Shown: positions 42,253 to 57,200 of the stretch, piece by piece
Numbering within the stretch: position 1 is the stretch's first letter
Layout of the letters: the number at the start of each line of letters is the position of its first letter
Source: Octopus vulgaris
Taxonomy: Eukaryota
Length of the DNA stretch: 64,000 nt
NCBI GenBank assembly: GCA_951406725.2
Contig: OX597824.1
Location: 71,300,001 to 71,364,000 of the forward strand
Reading direction: 5' to 3'
Notes under the pieces: generated by a model
What the model was told of the DNA's origin: nothing
The model's database searches: none
The model's input: only the letters and a program-made list of their open reading frames with translations
Program-made: the position numbers and the translations under genes

Positions 42253-45200
42253 TCTGAGAGCATAGCTGCTAGAATAACAATAGGTTGGGCAAAGTTCAGA
42301 GAGCTCCTACCTCTGTTGGTAGCAAAGGGCCTTTCAAATGGTAGAGGGAATCTGTTGAAGAGGTAGACCCAGGAAGACAAGGGATAAGGTGGTGAAGCAC
42401 GATCTTTGAATGTTGGGTCTCACAGAAGCAATGACAAGTGACCAAGATCTTTGGTGATATGCCATGCTTCAGAAGATCCATCAAGCCAAGTGAGGCCATA
42501 GTCATGGCCAATACCAGCGTCAGGTCAATGGCACCCGTGCCAGTGGCATGTAAAAAACACCACTACACTCTCAGAGTGGTTGGCATTAGGAAGGGCATCC
42601 AGCCATAGAAACCTTGCCAAATCAGAGTGGAACCTGGCACAGCCCCCCAGCTTACCAGTTTTCACTCAAACTGTCCAACCCATGCCAGCATGGAAAGCGA
42701 ACACTAAGCAATGATGATTATATATATATATATATATATTATCATATAAATCAAAGAAAAGAGAGAATGATTACAATTAGTAAACAGAATGATTAACTAA
42801 GTTCTATTTGATCAGAACTGAGCTGGAACTATAATAACAAGTATTAAAATTTAAATGATATTTCATAACTATTTTTCATAAGGCAACATCTATCAGAGAG
42901 AAAAAGGAAAGGAGCATAAGCTAGCTTGAGTTGGAATTTGGCCAGGAGAGTGATCCATTAAGCTGGGGTGGTCATAAAATATGTCAGCCTCATGCAGCTA
43001 ACTGAAACTAAGTTGATGAAATGGACTTGTTCGGGTCCTCAGGGATTACCAGTATTTAGGAATATTGGTCATTTGCATTTAATATAAAAAAAAGAAAAAA
43101 CTACCAGTTATACTATTAATCAAAATGCAAATTAAAAGATACAAAATAGAAAGAAATTCAAAAATATTTTTCCTTTAAACATTACCAAAGTTGTCTGACA
43201 GCTATCTTCAATCAACATTTTCAATTCATTCAAATCATGGTCAGCCTAGAAAGAAAAAAAATTAATCACATTTCAATTTCAGAAGTAATAAAAAAAAAAT
43301 TATTTAAAGAGAGGAGAGAAAAATAGAAATAAAATAAAAGTTTGTTTTGAGTACAAAATAAGGCCTGAAATTTTGGAAAATGATTCATCGACACCAAGAA
43401 TTAAAAATTCCAAAAGGATGAAAGGCAAAGTTGACCTCAGTGGAATTTTGATCTCAGAATGTTAAGCCAGAAGAAATGCTGCAAAGCATGCTCACGATTC
43501 TGCCAGCTTGCTGCCTTAGGTAAGTGCTGTTAGCTGCATTTAAAATAATGGAGACCAAACACATTGATTTTATTTTTTTTCTTTTGAGAGGGAGAAGAGG
43601 ATTTGAAAGGGCCAAATAGCTTTCCCTGACGATGCAGTAACAGTTTAGCATCATACAGGTCCACATAGCAAAACACACACATCATCATTACTTTAACATC
43701 CCTCTTTTTCCCATGCTTGCATGGGTTGGATGAAGTTTTCGATGATGGAGATTGTCAGATGCCATTCCTGTTGCCAAACCTCACCTGTTTCCAAGCAAGG
43801 TAATATTTACCCACAGCGAGACCTGTTCTCGCAAAATATCAGAAATGAGTGACACTGCTTGTATGACAGTGACTATCATTTACACCTATCACACGATGTC
43901 AAGACAAAAAGACACACACACACACACATACATACAATGGGCTTCTTTCAATTCCCATCAACCAAATCTATTCACAAGGTTTTCATCAGCCTAGAGCTGT
44001 AGCAGAAGACACTAGCCCAAGGTGTCATGCAGTAGGACTGAACTCAAAACAATGTGGTTGGAAAGCAAACTTTTTACCACACAGCCAGACTTGAAATTAT
44101 AGGAAATGTATAAAGTCATTGAGAAAAGATCTGTAAGGAACCCCAAGTTACCACAGAACTACAGTTTCTAGAATGAATGAGATTTTTCTCTACACAGGAA
44201 CTATTCTGTCTAAATGTAAATGATACTGTCACTAATTTTTTAAAGAATTTCGTGCGTGCTTCATCTTTGTTAAGAACAAATCTATAACTTTCACAACACT
44301 TTAAAATGAATGAAAGTTATATTCAGCATACACCAGTCACATACTGTGACATATTTGGAATACTTTAACTAATTACAACTTAATTGCAAATGAATGGAAA
44401 TAAAAGAAAAATATTCTCTACATGCGTGATATTTTGTATAACTATTGTAGACACATCATCATCAATTAACGTCCGTTTTTCATGCTGGTAAGCAGGAGGG
44501 CTGCACCAAGTTACAGTCTGATTTGGCTTGGTTTCTACAGCTGGATGCCCTTCCTAATGGCAGCTACTTTACAGAGTGTGCTGGGTGCTTTTTACATGCC
44601 AATCCTCCTCAGCAGAGGGAGCAGCATTAATACTTCAACAGTGGAGAATGGATCTTCTTGAGGACAGCAAAGTGCCAGATATCTCCATCCCTTCCATAAG
44701 GTTCAGTGTCCAGAGGTCATCCTTCAGAACTTCATTCAATGTCTTCCTGTATAACCCTCTACCAAGAGTTCCATCCACTTTGAGTGATTGGCATTTCTTT
44801 ATGGTGCTGTCTACATCCATCCACATCACATGACCAAACCAGTGCTAGTTTCTAAATTAGTCTATGAGTAAAGAAACCTATTGTATTTTGATTATGATGT
44901 GAATGATATACAGCAATGCCTTGATATATGAGTTCCCAGAGACCGCTCGTAAAGCGAAAACTCGTAAAGCAGAGCAATGTTATAAATCATGATTTGTTCC
45001 CAGAAAAATATTTTACCTATAAAATTTATAATACTCATAAATAAATGGCAACAAAACAACAGTAGAATGTAAAGAAATTTTATGTAAAGTATAAAGAATG
45101 TCAAGATCATTTGTAATAAAAATTATTATTATAATTGTTTTCTGAATCACTTTCACTAGACTCACGCACACCAATTGTAGATGTGATCGCCAATTCACAA

Positions 45201-48200
45201 GTACTCGTAGACGGAATTGTAGATTTCTTTTTAGTAATCAATCAAGCTTACCAACTGGACAAAAATAGTGGTATCTACTTTCTTGTTTGTTCAATGTTGG
45301 ATGGCAGGGAATGATAGTTAACAGGGCAGCAAAAGAAGAAAAAACCCATCGTTTGCAATTTTAAGCAAAATAAATTATTGATGGAAAAGTAATGTCTTCA
45401 GCAGAAGGAAATGTTATTTGATACACACACTCGCACACAAAATTGTACCATAATCTAAGAATGATGAATATGTCTAATTCAGGTCTGTAAAACACATTCT
45501 TAAATAAAGTTAACTATTCTCACTGTGTGACTTGTCACTTAGTCATGCAGTGGGACTGAGCCCCGAAGCATGTGATTGGGAAGCAAAGCTCTAACTACAG
45601 TCATGCGAAACCTTATTACATGTATATGAGTGAGACTTTGTCCACACTGCTCCACTCACAGCCTGACAAGTGTTGAATTGTTTACATCCCAATTACTTAG
45701 CAGCTCAGCAAAAGATAATGAGACAATGACAGAATAAATACCAAACTTTAAAAATAAAAGCATACTGGGAAAGATTTGTTTGACTAAACCTTCTAAGGTG
45801 GTGTCCCACCGTGGCTGTAGTCCAATGACTGAAATAAGTAAAAAGCTAAGATAAATGATTATCAGATATAAATTCTATCAGAGATTTTAATTCATTTGTT
45901 TAGTATGTTTTTCCATGCTAGAATACTTCAGACAGGAATTGATTGAGACAGGATTTTACACCAAGATGCTCTTTCTTTTATTAAACTTCATTTGTTTTTC
46001 AAGCTAAGAAATCTTTTTTTTTTTTTATTCCACAGGTCATCGAAAGTATAAAACAACTATTTATAGTGTCAACAAAGAATGGAAACATCACCATCAATTT
46101 CACTCAGTAACAAGTGAAATATCCTTTCTACTATAAGCGAAAGGCCTGAAATTATGGGGGAGAGGCCTAGTTGATTACATCAACCCCCAGTAATCAACTG
46201 GTATTTATTTTATCAACATCTGAAAGAACGAAAGGCAAAGTCGACCTTGGTGAGATTCAAACTCAGAACAAAGTCAGGAAAAATGCCACTAAGCATTTTG
46301 CCCAGCATGCTAATAATTCTGCCAGCTCACCACCTTAATGTGACAAGTGAAATATCAGCACACATTCATATGCAAAACTACACACTCACATACATATCAA
46401 CAGACTTTTTTTTTACAGTTTCCATCAAACAAATTCACCAACAAGGCATTAGTCAGCTCAGGGTTATAACAGAAGACAGATACTGAAAGTTCTGTACAGT
46501 GGAATTGAACATGAAACTGTGTGGCTTGTGAAACTTCATCATCATGCACCTATGTATGGTTAAAAAGTTCCTCCTCAAAAATGGCAGAAACTGCCAAATG
46601 TTTCTACTTTTCTCTAGCTTCAAATTATGAACTGAGATAAAATTTTAATGAAATAAAACTGTTATAATGTGACAAAGATAATGGATCTAATCACTAACCA
46701 TTTAACTGCAATAACATAATAGATTTATTATTTAAGAAATTTACATGCAGGCTTCAGGTTCAATCATACTGCATGGCACCTTGAGCAAGTGTCTTCTACT
46801 ATAGCCTCAGGCTGACCAAAGCCTTTTGAATGGATTTGGTAGACAGAAACTGAAAGAAATTCATTGCACACACATGTGTGTTGTATGTAAGTATCACTGC
46901 CAGACAGTGTCGTTCATTTCTATTCTTCTGTGAAAAACACGTCCAGCCAAGGAGAAATATTACCTTATATGGAAACAGGTAAGGATTGGCAAAAATGGCA
47001 TCCAGCTGTAGAAAATCTGCCTTGATCAATTCCATCCGACCCATACAAGCATGGAAAAGTGGATGTTAAAACAATCATGATTAAGATCTATTATTCACTA
47101 ACATTGATAGCAAAATATATTTCCCAAAGCAGGAATCCATATGTTTGTGTATATGGCTAACACATTATACATACATAACATATACCCCCAAATGCTGTCA
47201 GACAGTAAAAACAAGATTATTTTTAACATCTGCTTTCAATTTCAAGAAAGAAATTGAACTAAAAAATACAAATTAGTTTTTCGTCTTGCTTTTTTCTTTT
47301 TTGTCCCCAAGTAGATTTAGAATTAACTTAGACATTGTCACCATCATTTTTATGTTTACTTTTAATGTGTTGGCATGGATTGGATGAGATTCATTGAAGC
47401 AGTATATGGTCTCATAGCCTTCTCACCATCAACTCTTTTTTTTTTTTTCAATTATTTTTATTCTGCTAGTCTTCATATGTCAAAACTAAGAAGATGTAAA
47501 CATAACATCACTGTAGCCCAAATAGTGTCAATGTCAAGACATGATGAAATAAATAATCATACACATTATCATACACACACACACACGTATGTATATGTAT
47601 GCATGTATAAACACATTTATATGACGTAGAACATGAAGGGGAGGTAACCAAATACAAAATATTGTGCTGAATCACTACAATTCAACTGCCATATTGGACA
47701 TTTTTAACACATATATATACACATATACATATATATTTATTATGTATATACATACACACATAATATATACACAGACATATACACCCACACATAACGGTCT
47801 TCTGTGCAGTTTCCATCTATCAGTTTCACTCATTGGTCAGCTCAAAGCTACATTAGAAGCCACTGCCCAAGGTGCCACATATTAAGAAGGAACTCAAAAC
47901 CATGCAGTCTCAGAATAAACTTTGTAATCACACACACAGCCATGCCATATACTTTTTATTGTATATTTATTTTACATCTTTTTTTTTCCTTTCAAAGTAA
48001 TTGTGTATAGGACAGATATCCAAAGTATGGCTATAAATATATTGTTGGAACAATTATTTATGGTTATATGTTTTCCCCCACTACAGACCACTTAATTATG
48101 AATTATGTAAGAGTGGTAATTACCATTGGTTCACCAAACTGAACTCCCTAACTATTTGATCATTCACTACCAATAAGTCCAAAATTTTAACCCTTTTGTT

Positions 48201-51200
48201 ACTATATTTCTGTTGAAATACACAACGTTTGTTTCAATTAATTTTGAAAATAATTAATAATTTAGTAAAATAACTGTGATTAAGCTGGCGTTTAGAACTA
48301 TGATGATAATGATGAACATGAAATTTTTATGGAAAGTCTTAGTTTTGATCACTTAAAAACAGAGGTTTTAACACAGAGCCAAGGGATGGTCTCAGGCGAG
48401 TTGGTATCGAAAAGGTTAACCCATTACATAGAGGCAGAGATTATAATTATTCAACACAGCAACAATAAACTAGAAAAAAAAATGCTTAATTGCACCAACA
48501 GCCAAATCCATTTCTGGGAACAAGATCTACAAACATAATACTTCAAAATTTATTTCTGCAGATATCAACAAGAAAAATATCAGACCAATTAAAGTGTTAC
48601 TAGTTTGACAAAACAAATTAATCTAATACAATAATTAAACAAATATTTGATATTTATTTAGTTGTTGACCTTTCACTGTTTATAAAACAAGTACAATTTC
48701 AAAAGTTTCTATTAAACATACAAATAGTAATTAAAGGTTTTAAACTAAAAGTAGCATAATTTGAAGGTGAACTTCACTCTGAACTTAGTCACAGTATAAT
48801 GGTTGAAACCACAATCAAATACTTGTAGGAACACCATATTTTGTTACGCAATCATAATATACTATACACAGTCAAAAATGTGTCCTACTGTATTAGCAGT
48901 GCTAGCCGGCACTGATTTGTTACGTTTTGTATCCAGATACATCTAATGTAGACAACAATGCAATTGAAGGTGCTGAAAAAGAAGCAAGAATTAGATTAGA
49001 CATATTTGGATACAAAACATCATAACAAATCCATGCTGGCTACGATTTCTATGAAAAAGGTTATCTAGAAATAACCTTAACATGATTTAATAGCACTGCT
49101 AACACCATAGAACACAGTATTGATTTATGAAGTGTTTAATATACTTTGTAGTATAGTATATTATGGTTGCCTAATGTAATAGTGTCCTTACATGTATATA
49201 CCATCTGCCAGGAAAGTGTTTAATATGTAAAATTGGTATATTCAATAATGTTAGACTTATGTTTAGTGGCTATTTAAGCAATGAGTTTGTGAATGGTTAA
49301 TGGGTTGGATGTGGTGTTGAAGAAGGAGCAAAAAATCCTGCTATATGCATATTTACACATTACCTATTTTTCCATCTTCAATCACATTCTTGCTTGCATT
49401 AAACATATTTGGATATGAAATGTCATAACAAATCAGTGCTGGTGAAAAATTTCTACAGAAAATCTGTAGAGATAAACTTAACCATGATCAGACAGACCTG
49501 TAATTAATAGGGTTCTGTTCTTACTTTTTAGGTCTAAGACTACATTATCTAATGCTTTGTTCACTTATTTTCCAAAAGCAGGGTTAGGTTCAAAGGAAGA
49601 GTAGGGCTACTATTTCTAACAGATTAAGTAACCAAATGGAGGTTCCTTCTACCTATATTTGCCCTTATGTAAAATAGCATTGGATCCCCTACACAACCTA
49701 CCCAATCACCTTTACTATTTCACTCTCTCTCTCTCTCTAACCCTTCACACAAATCCCGTCCATACTTCTTCCCTCTGCCCCCGGCAGTGTCAACTCTATT
49801 ACTCTCTTCACTACCACTCTCCTTGGAAAATAAACCTGTATCTCTTATCACCTTGCCAAAAATCATTGTATACTCTTACTCTCTCTCTCCCATTTTCCTT
49901 TCAGTTGTCGGAGCTCTTTAGTATTGCAAGTTGCCAAGCAAGGGTTAAAATTTTGGACTTATTGGTAGTGAATGATCAAATAGTTAGGGAGTTCAGTTTG
50001 GTGAACCAAAGGTGCCATGAAAATAAAGGAAAAAAAAAAAAAACCTCCAATACACTGTAAAGTGATCGTGTTAGGAAAGGCATTCATTTGTAGAGACCAT
50101 GCTAAAGCTTAGATGTTAGAACACAATTTGATTCATCAGATCTTGTCAAACCATCCAACCCATGCCAGCATGAAAAGCAGACATAAAATGATGATGATGA
50201 ATTAATGCTTATGCTGGGACATCATGTGCTTGGTATAGTCAACTTTTGATTAGTAATTATTTTACTGTCCTTTGAAGAGTGAAAGACTAAGCAGACCTAT
50301 TAATTGATGATATTTAACCTCAGAACATAAAGGGAGGTAACCAAATATAAACTTTTTTTTGATAAAACACCACAAAGCAACTGCCATATTCAAACGTTAT
50401 GTCACTTTTAAATATTATAATTGGAATCGTTTCAACTGAATTCAGTAAAATAATGGGTTAAATTATCAACTTCAACATTTGAGGCAAAACCTGAATTTAT
50501 TTATTCTCAGTTTTAATATTTAATTGCTTGAATATCCACTGAAGTGTGTTTAAGCTTAAGTACTTCAACATGTGGTACCTTACTCTTTAATGTTAGTCAA
50601 TTAGTTTCTCTTAAATGAACTTACAGACGTTTATAATTTTGCATACCTATGCTACACACATTAATTTTAAAATTGCATTCATTTACAACAATCATGCAAT
50701 GTCAAGACAACAAAAAGATTTTTTGAAAGATGGATATTGAATATTGTTGTCCAAGACATTATATCTCATGATAAATTTGCTGAATCTGTGCTGAACTGAG
50801 GCTAAATAAAAACTACAATTAAATGTACAGTTTCATTGTGGCAATGATCAGTAACAAATATCAAAACCTTTTACCAGACCTAGAATCCTATTTACTACTG
50901 CCACCCTGAGCATGTAAAGTACACAAATCTTTACACAATGCATTAATCATTACATTCACAATGGCTGCAAGGTTTAAAACGTTAGCTACTGACAATTTAC
51001 TTGTGAAGTCAAGAGATTAAGCCAGACATTGTGTTATGCCTGATTTTGGTACATAACTCTGCTTGCCTCAGTATGCATAACTGACAAAAAAAGATTCCAT
51101 TCCTAATTCAGAATTGAAGTTAATTGGAAGAATATCCTGTAGGAAAATAATTAAGCAATATGCAAAATGTTCTATTTTGAAACACCATCTTATCAACCCT

Positions 51201-54200
51201 TTTCTTACTGTATTTATTTTGAGATGCTCTGTGTTTCTTTCAATTACTTTAAATAGAACAAAGAATTTAGTAAAATAACTTAGTTATCGTAAAGCTAGTG
51301 TTAGGAACATAAATTGTGATTAAAGTCTGGAAGATTTTAATTAAAAGCTTGTGAAAACAAGACATTTGTACTCAGAGTCAGAGCCGGTTTCAGCCGGGTT
51401 GGTCATGAAAGGGTTAAGCTACCACAGTAAAAATGATCATAGAACAATAATGTAAATACTTTTTGTCTTAAGAGGGTGTATGTATATCTTATGCAAAACC
51501 TTTACTAACAAAATGACTACATTCAACAACGGCTCTCTGAGATCTATTTCCATTTCTACTGAGTCAAGTTTGCACCAATTAACCCATTATCTGTCTAAAG
51601 AATTTTTATGAATTTGTCCTAAACATCCATGCTTGTTTTCAGGCTTTTAGTTAACCCTGTTTCATATGTTCTGAGTAATATAAAGTTTCTATTTATCAAA
51701 TCTTACAGTAGACACTTGCCTAAGATGCTGAGCAGTGGAACTAAACCCAAAACCACATTCTTGGTTGGGAAGCAAGCTTCCTAGTCACACAGCCATGCCT
51801 GCATCTATATAAAGCTTTTCACTTTTTAAAAACTTTTAAGTATTCAAGAACAAAGGATTTACTTAATTAGTTTCAAAAACCTACAATGATTTAAACCAAT
51901 CAGCTCAACTTTTACTGGCCCCTACTTCACCAAGAACAACTGAAACTTTCCTACATAATCCCTATAAAGTATGCATGCCTTTTTAAAGAACAATACAACT
52001 AAAAGGAAAATAGTAAAATAATATGACAACAAAAATTTCCCCATATACCGTATTATATAATGTATAAGGTGTATATTAACATAGTTAAGTCTTCTAGTAA
52101 AGGCCACTTTGGATTAAAGAATTTTAATCAAAATTTTCAGATCAGAAACTGGAAAAGGCCACTTTGGATGAAAGAATTTTAATCAAAATTTTCAGATCAG
52201 AAACTGGATTATCACAGTCAAAACAACATACTTTCCTTTCAAAGTACAGGTGCATCATAAACTTAAGTATTAATTTAGGTGTAGCTATGACTATGTGGTT
52301 TAGAAGCTTCCTTAGCAACCATGTGTTTCTAAGTTTGCTCCCAGTGCACAGTACCTTGGGCAAGTCTTTTACCATAGATACAGATTGATCAATACCATGT
52401 AACTGAAATGTGGTAAAGAGAAGCTGTACAGAAAAATGTGTCTCCACACAGATTATAGATTAAGTTCTACTTTTTAACATGTTTATCAATGCTATTCTCT
52501 TATTCTTAATAAAAAACAATTAGACAAAAACAAACTGGATTGGTTCAGTTTGACAGCAATAGGTAATCCCAACTTAGATATGCTGATGACCTAGTTCTCA
52601 TAGTTGAATCTGTAGTAGAATTAGAGCAGAAATTCCAGATATTCGTAAGTGAATCTATAGTAGAATTAGAAAAGGAACTTCAGATACTGAGACAAAACCT
52701 AGAAACAAATGGTCTCAAACTTAGCAAAGAATAAAGTTTTAATAACTAGGGCAAAAACAGAATGTTACTACGACTCTGGGAACTGGCTATGCTTGATATG
52801 AAGAAAAGGAGTAGGTAGAAATTCTATAGGGTTTACACAGTGTAAACTATGAATGGAACATATTAGTCACATACAATGCCTACTTCCTTCAAGAGTTTGC
52901 ATTATATAGTACCATGAAGAAAGTAGACACCATTTGCAGCAGAGGCCCAAGAGCAACAAGCACTTATAGCAAACACCCTAATGGCTCCCTAAAAGTAGTT
53001 GATAACTTTATTTCTCTTATGCCCTAATTTAGCAGTGGAGGTGGGTATTCCAAAAGGAAAGTAGCCTGAATAAGAATAGTTTGAGAGAAGTTTAGGGAGC
53101 TATAGCTTCTACTGGTAACAAAGGTTTTCTCTCACAAAGTAAATAGCAAATTGCATTGTTTTGAACACAAAGTGGAATGTAGAGGATTTACAAACACTAG
53201 AAAGAAATGAAGCAAGCATTCTCCACTGGATATGTATTGTTAGTTAACTTGAATGATGGAGCACAAATGAGTTGAGAGAAAATTTGGCTGTAAGAGGCAC
53301 GAGATGTAGTACGAAAGAGCATAGACTGTGCTGGTATGAGTATGCAATGCATATGGAGGATGGCAGCTGCATACAGTGCAAGGTTATAAAAGTGAATGGA
53401 ACCTGTGGAAGAAGGGAACCTAGGAAGATATGGATGAAGTGGTAAAGGTTGATCTTAGGATGCTGAGCTCACAGAGGAGATAAAGGACCAAAATGATTGG
53501 CAACAAGCAGTGCCGTAGAAGACTTGCCCACTTGTACAAGTACAGTGAAATAAACATACACTGAGTCATTCACACAATGTGTCTTCAGTCTCTTTTCAGC
53601 TTTCCACTCTCTCTCTCTCTGACACTTTAGCCTTGTCTACCACTGTTCATGTAGGAAGGGATCACATTGGACTGAACCATATTCATTTACCCCACCATCC
53701 TTATTGTTGTTCTGTCTTTGTCCATCATTATCCTTACACATAAAGGATTGCATTGAATCAGCTTCTTTCTGATACACCCATCACACACTTTTTGCGCTGC
53801 CAGTCATCACACCCTCTCCCCAGGACCACTCACTATTGACAACCATCACCCCCATTTTTATTACTATCAAACACCCTTCCTCTCTCAATTCTCTCTCCAA
53901 CAAACATGTAGCTGCCATCACTGTCTCTCTTCCATTATTCTTACCTCTAACACTTTTTCATATCAATTATAGTTTCTCCCACTGCTCTTTTCATGCAGTC
54001 ATTTACAACTTCTATGCTATAAAGTGACTCAAGAAGCCCTGACTGGTACCATGTGAAATACAACAATAAAATACAAACCAATTGCTTTAGTAGTATAAAC
54101 AAAATGTTTAAGAAATTAAGTACATGGTAGTCCTCCAGGTTATAATACCAAATCTAACATGTACAAGAAGATTTGAAGACATCTGAATGAACAAAATTAA

Positions 54201-57200
54201 TGATAACTTTAGATATAAGTACCTGTCAGGGTCCTATCTATGGATTAAATAAATTTCCCAAGGGTAAAGGAGCCTCCCACTACTTTTGACAAAGCTGCAG
54301 GGAAAGCAGCTCCTTTAAGAGACAGATTCTCTGACATAAAACTCAGAATCAAAATAGTACCAGTCATCTTCCAAAGCTTGTCACTGGAACCTGCTATGGT
54401 GATAGAGAGAGTAGCAAAAGAGTTTTTGTCACTTAAATCCAATGATGTACAGATGACTGTCATTTCATTTCTTGATCCATTTTGCATTTTGTAAACTCCT
54501 ATGATGATGGATATCTGCACACATACAATGATGAAAGTAAATCAAAACAATAAGGCAAAATGTGAGATAGATGGTTATCATCTGACAGGATGAGGCAATC
54601 ATCAGATAATATAAATATGGGCACACATACATATAAATCTGGCCAAATTTCTCTGGTGCCTTTTCTTTGGTATATTCAGGATTAAGATTCAAAATATACC
54701 ATCAGTTTTGACACACCAGATCATATTTGATTAAGTCTGGAAATGAAAACCATGTTTTTCATTTTAGAAATGTGCACTTCAAATGCCATTTCTACACAAG
54801 TATATACTAGTCATAAAGTCACTCACAGACATGTTCCAGTCTCTTGGTCACAGATACACTGTCTTCTTTCTCTGCCATTTCTAAGGTTTAGAGATACCAC
54901 ATACTTCTTTATAAGCTGACATATCCATTCATGCATTGAAATTAGGGACCCCAATAGAACTAAACTCTGGTGCATTAGATGTCGGATATATTCAGAGTGC
55001 TGATTCAAAATATACCTTTAGTTTTGCCCTATCAGTTCTAATCAATCATGTATTTTGATACAGAAATAACATAAATGTTAATTATATAACAGATGCTATT
55101 AAAACAATGTAAGGTGCAATTGGGATAGCTTATTTCAGACAAGAAGATGCACTGGCATATATAAAAATGTATGCTGTATTTCCAAAACTATAACTGATGA
55201 TATATTTGGAATCAGCACCCAAAATATACCCAAGAGTAGGTCTAACTTTTAAGGCACCAAAAATATGCACCAGCCAGTATTAATATACAGAGATATGTAA
55301 ATATGGATGGACATGTACATTATATGTATACTGTAGCAGAATTAGAAATATAATTCCAGGTTTGGAAGCAAAACCTGGAATCAAAGGATCTTAAAATGAA
55401 CTTAAATATGACCCAAATTTTAGTTAATAGGGAAACAGACAGGACACTAATCCCTTGGCCTTGTTCTTTATAAAGAAAAAGAGTAGGTATGAATTCCATA
55501 TAGTGCGCTCAGTGCAAACTATGGACACGTAAGAGGTACTGTGGAATCACAGGAAGACTAACAGAGATGGTAGAATTTATTTATGGCAGATATAAATGAG
55601 CAATAATCAATAAGAGCACTCAGGAAATAGATGTTCTGGAAAACCCAAGAGGCTCCCTAGTAGTAGATAGTTTCTATAACCTAGGTGAGCTAATTAGCAG
55701 TGAAGGTGGATGCTCTGAAAGTATAGTTGCTAGAATAAGAATTGGTTGGAGAAAGTTCAGAGAACTATTACCTCTGTTGATGTGGAAACTAGAAAGAAAT
55801 TAAACAAGCATGCTCCATGGATGTGCAACATCAGCGTGCATGTACAACAAAGTACAAATGTGCTGATAAAAAAATTGGGCATAACAGACACCAGACATGG
55901 TGCACAAGAGAGAAGACTGTGCTGATATGGTTATGCGATGCAGATGGATGTGGACAGCTGTATAATGAAGTGCTGATCAGTAAACATAGAAGACGTTTGT
56001 GGAAGAAGGAGACCCACAAAGACATGGGATGAAGTGGTGAAGACAGACCTCAATATGTTGAACCTCTTCAAAAAGTTGACATGGGAATCATGATGAATGA
56101 CAATATGTTGTGCTTGAGAAGACCTGTCCATCTCAGCAGAAGTAAGGTTCTATCAAGCCTCCCCAATAGCTCATCTTTCCTTCACTTTCCCCTCAGCTGA
56201 ACTGATATTCTCTTCATCCAACTCATGTCACACAATTCTCACTCTGGTGTACTTACCAACAAACCCACCTTTTCAGTTCTTCTATCCTATCCTCTCTCAC
56301 ATATTCACCTTGTACCTTGGCCTCACATCTCTCTATCTTTTCAGATGAGCAATCCAAGTATTCACCTCTTCAACAAGACACCTGTTCCTGATACTCTTGA
56401 TTTCTTCTCTCTCAATTCTACACCCGACTCAGTTAAGGAGTCTTGTCTTGCAGGCACTTGGTGACCTCACCAGTGCTGGTGTCATGTAAAAAGCACCCAG
56501 CGCACTCTATGAAGTGGCTGGCATTAAAAGATATCCAACTGTAGAAACCATGCCAAAGAAAAACAGTAGAACTTGGCACAGCCTTCTGGCTTGTCTGTTT
56601 ATGCTGAACTATCCAACCCATACCAGTATGGGAAAAAGGACATTAAATGGTGATAATGATAATTATGAGAAGATGCATGGCAGTGTAACTATGAAGTTTG
56701 CAACCACCACAGGTGTGGTTTAAATAAAGTCTCATGACATTTTGTTGTGAGAAATTGCAGAAACACTTTTGTGTGTGTGCGCACTCAGCTAAATATCTAA
56801 ATATAGGTAGATGTGTGTACTATGTGAATCAATGTGTTAGACAGAAAAGGCTGTGTCCCTAAAGTGATGGGAAACAACACATGAGCCTAGACCAGGAGCA
56901 CTGCTCCTTCCACTGGACATAATAAATTTAAAAATAGGAACTTGCTTGGAGCAATACAAGTAACTGAAGGAAGTCCTGTTCGTTGATGGCCTAGTTTTAT
57001 AGCTAAATCTACAGAAGATTTAGATAAGAAATTCCAGATGACAAAGTAAAACCTAAGCTTGGAGACCACAAGGTAAACTTAAAGACTAATGTTTTAGTAA
57101 GTAGCAAAGAAGACAGGTCCCTGCCAGTGTCAGGCAAATGGACAAGCTCAATATCCAAAAATGGAATTACATATGTCTAGTGTATATTTTTTGTTGTTGT

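Noticed and set aside
54498-54590. C/D box snoRNA-like pattern (ATGATGA…CTGA with a short terminal stem)
   Set aside because: Antisense to the host gene, atypical stem spacing and no recognisable rRNA guide sequence
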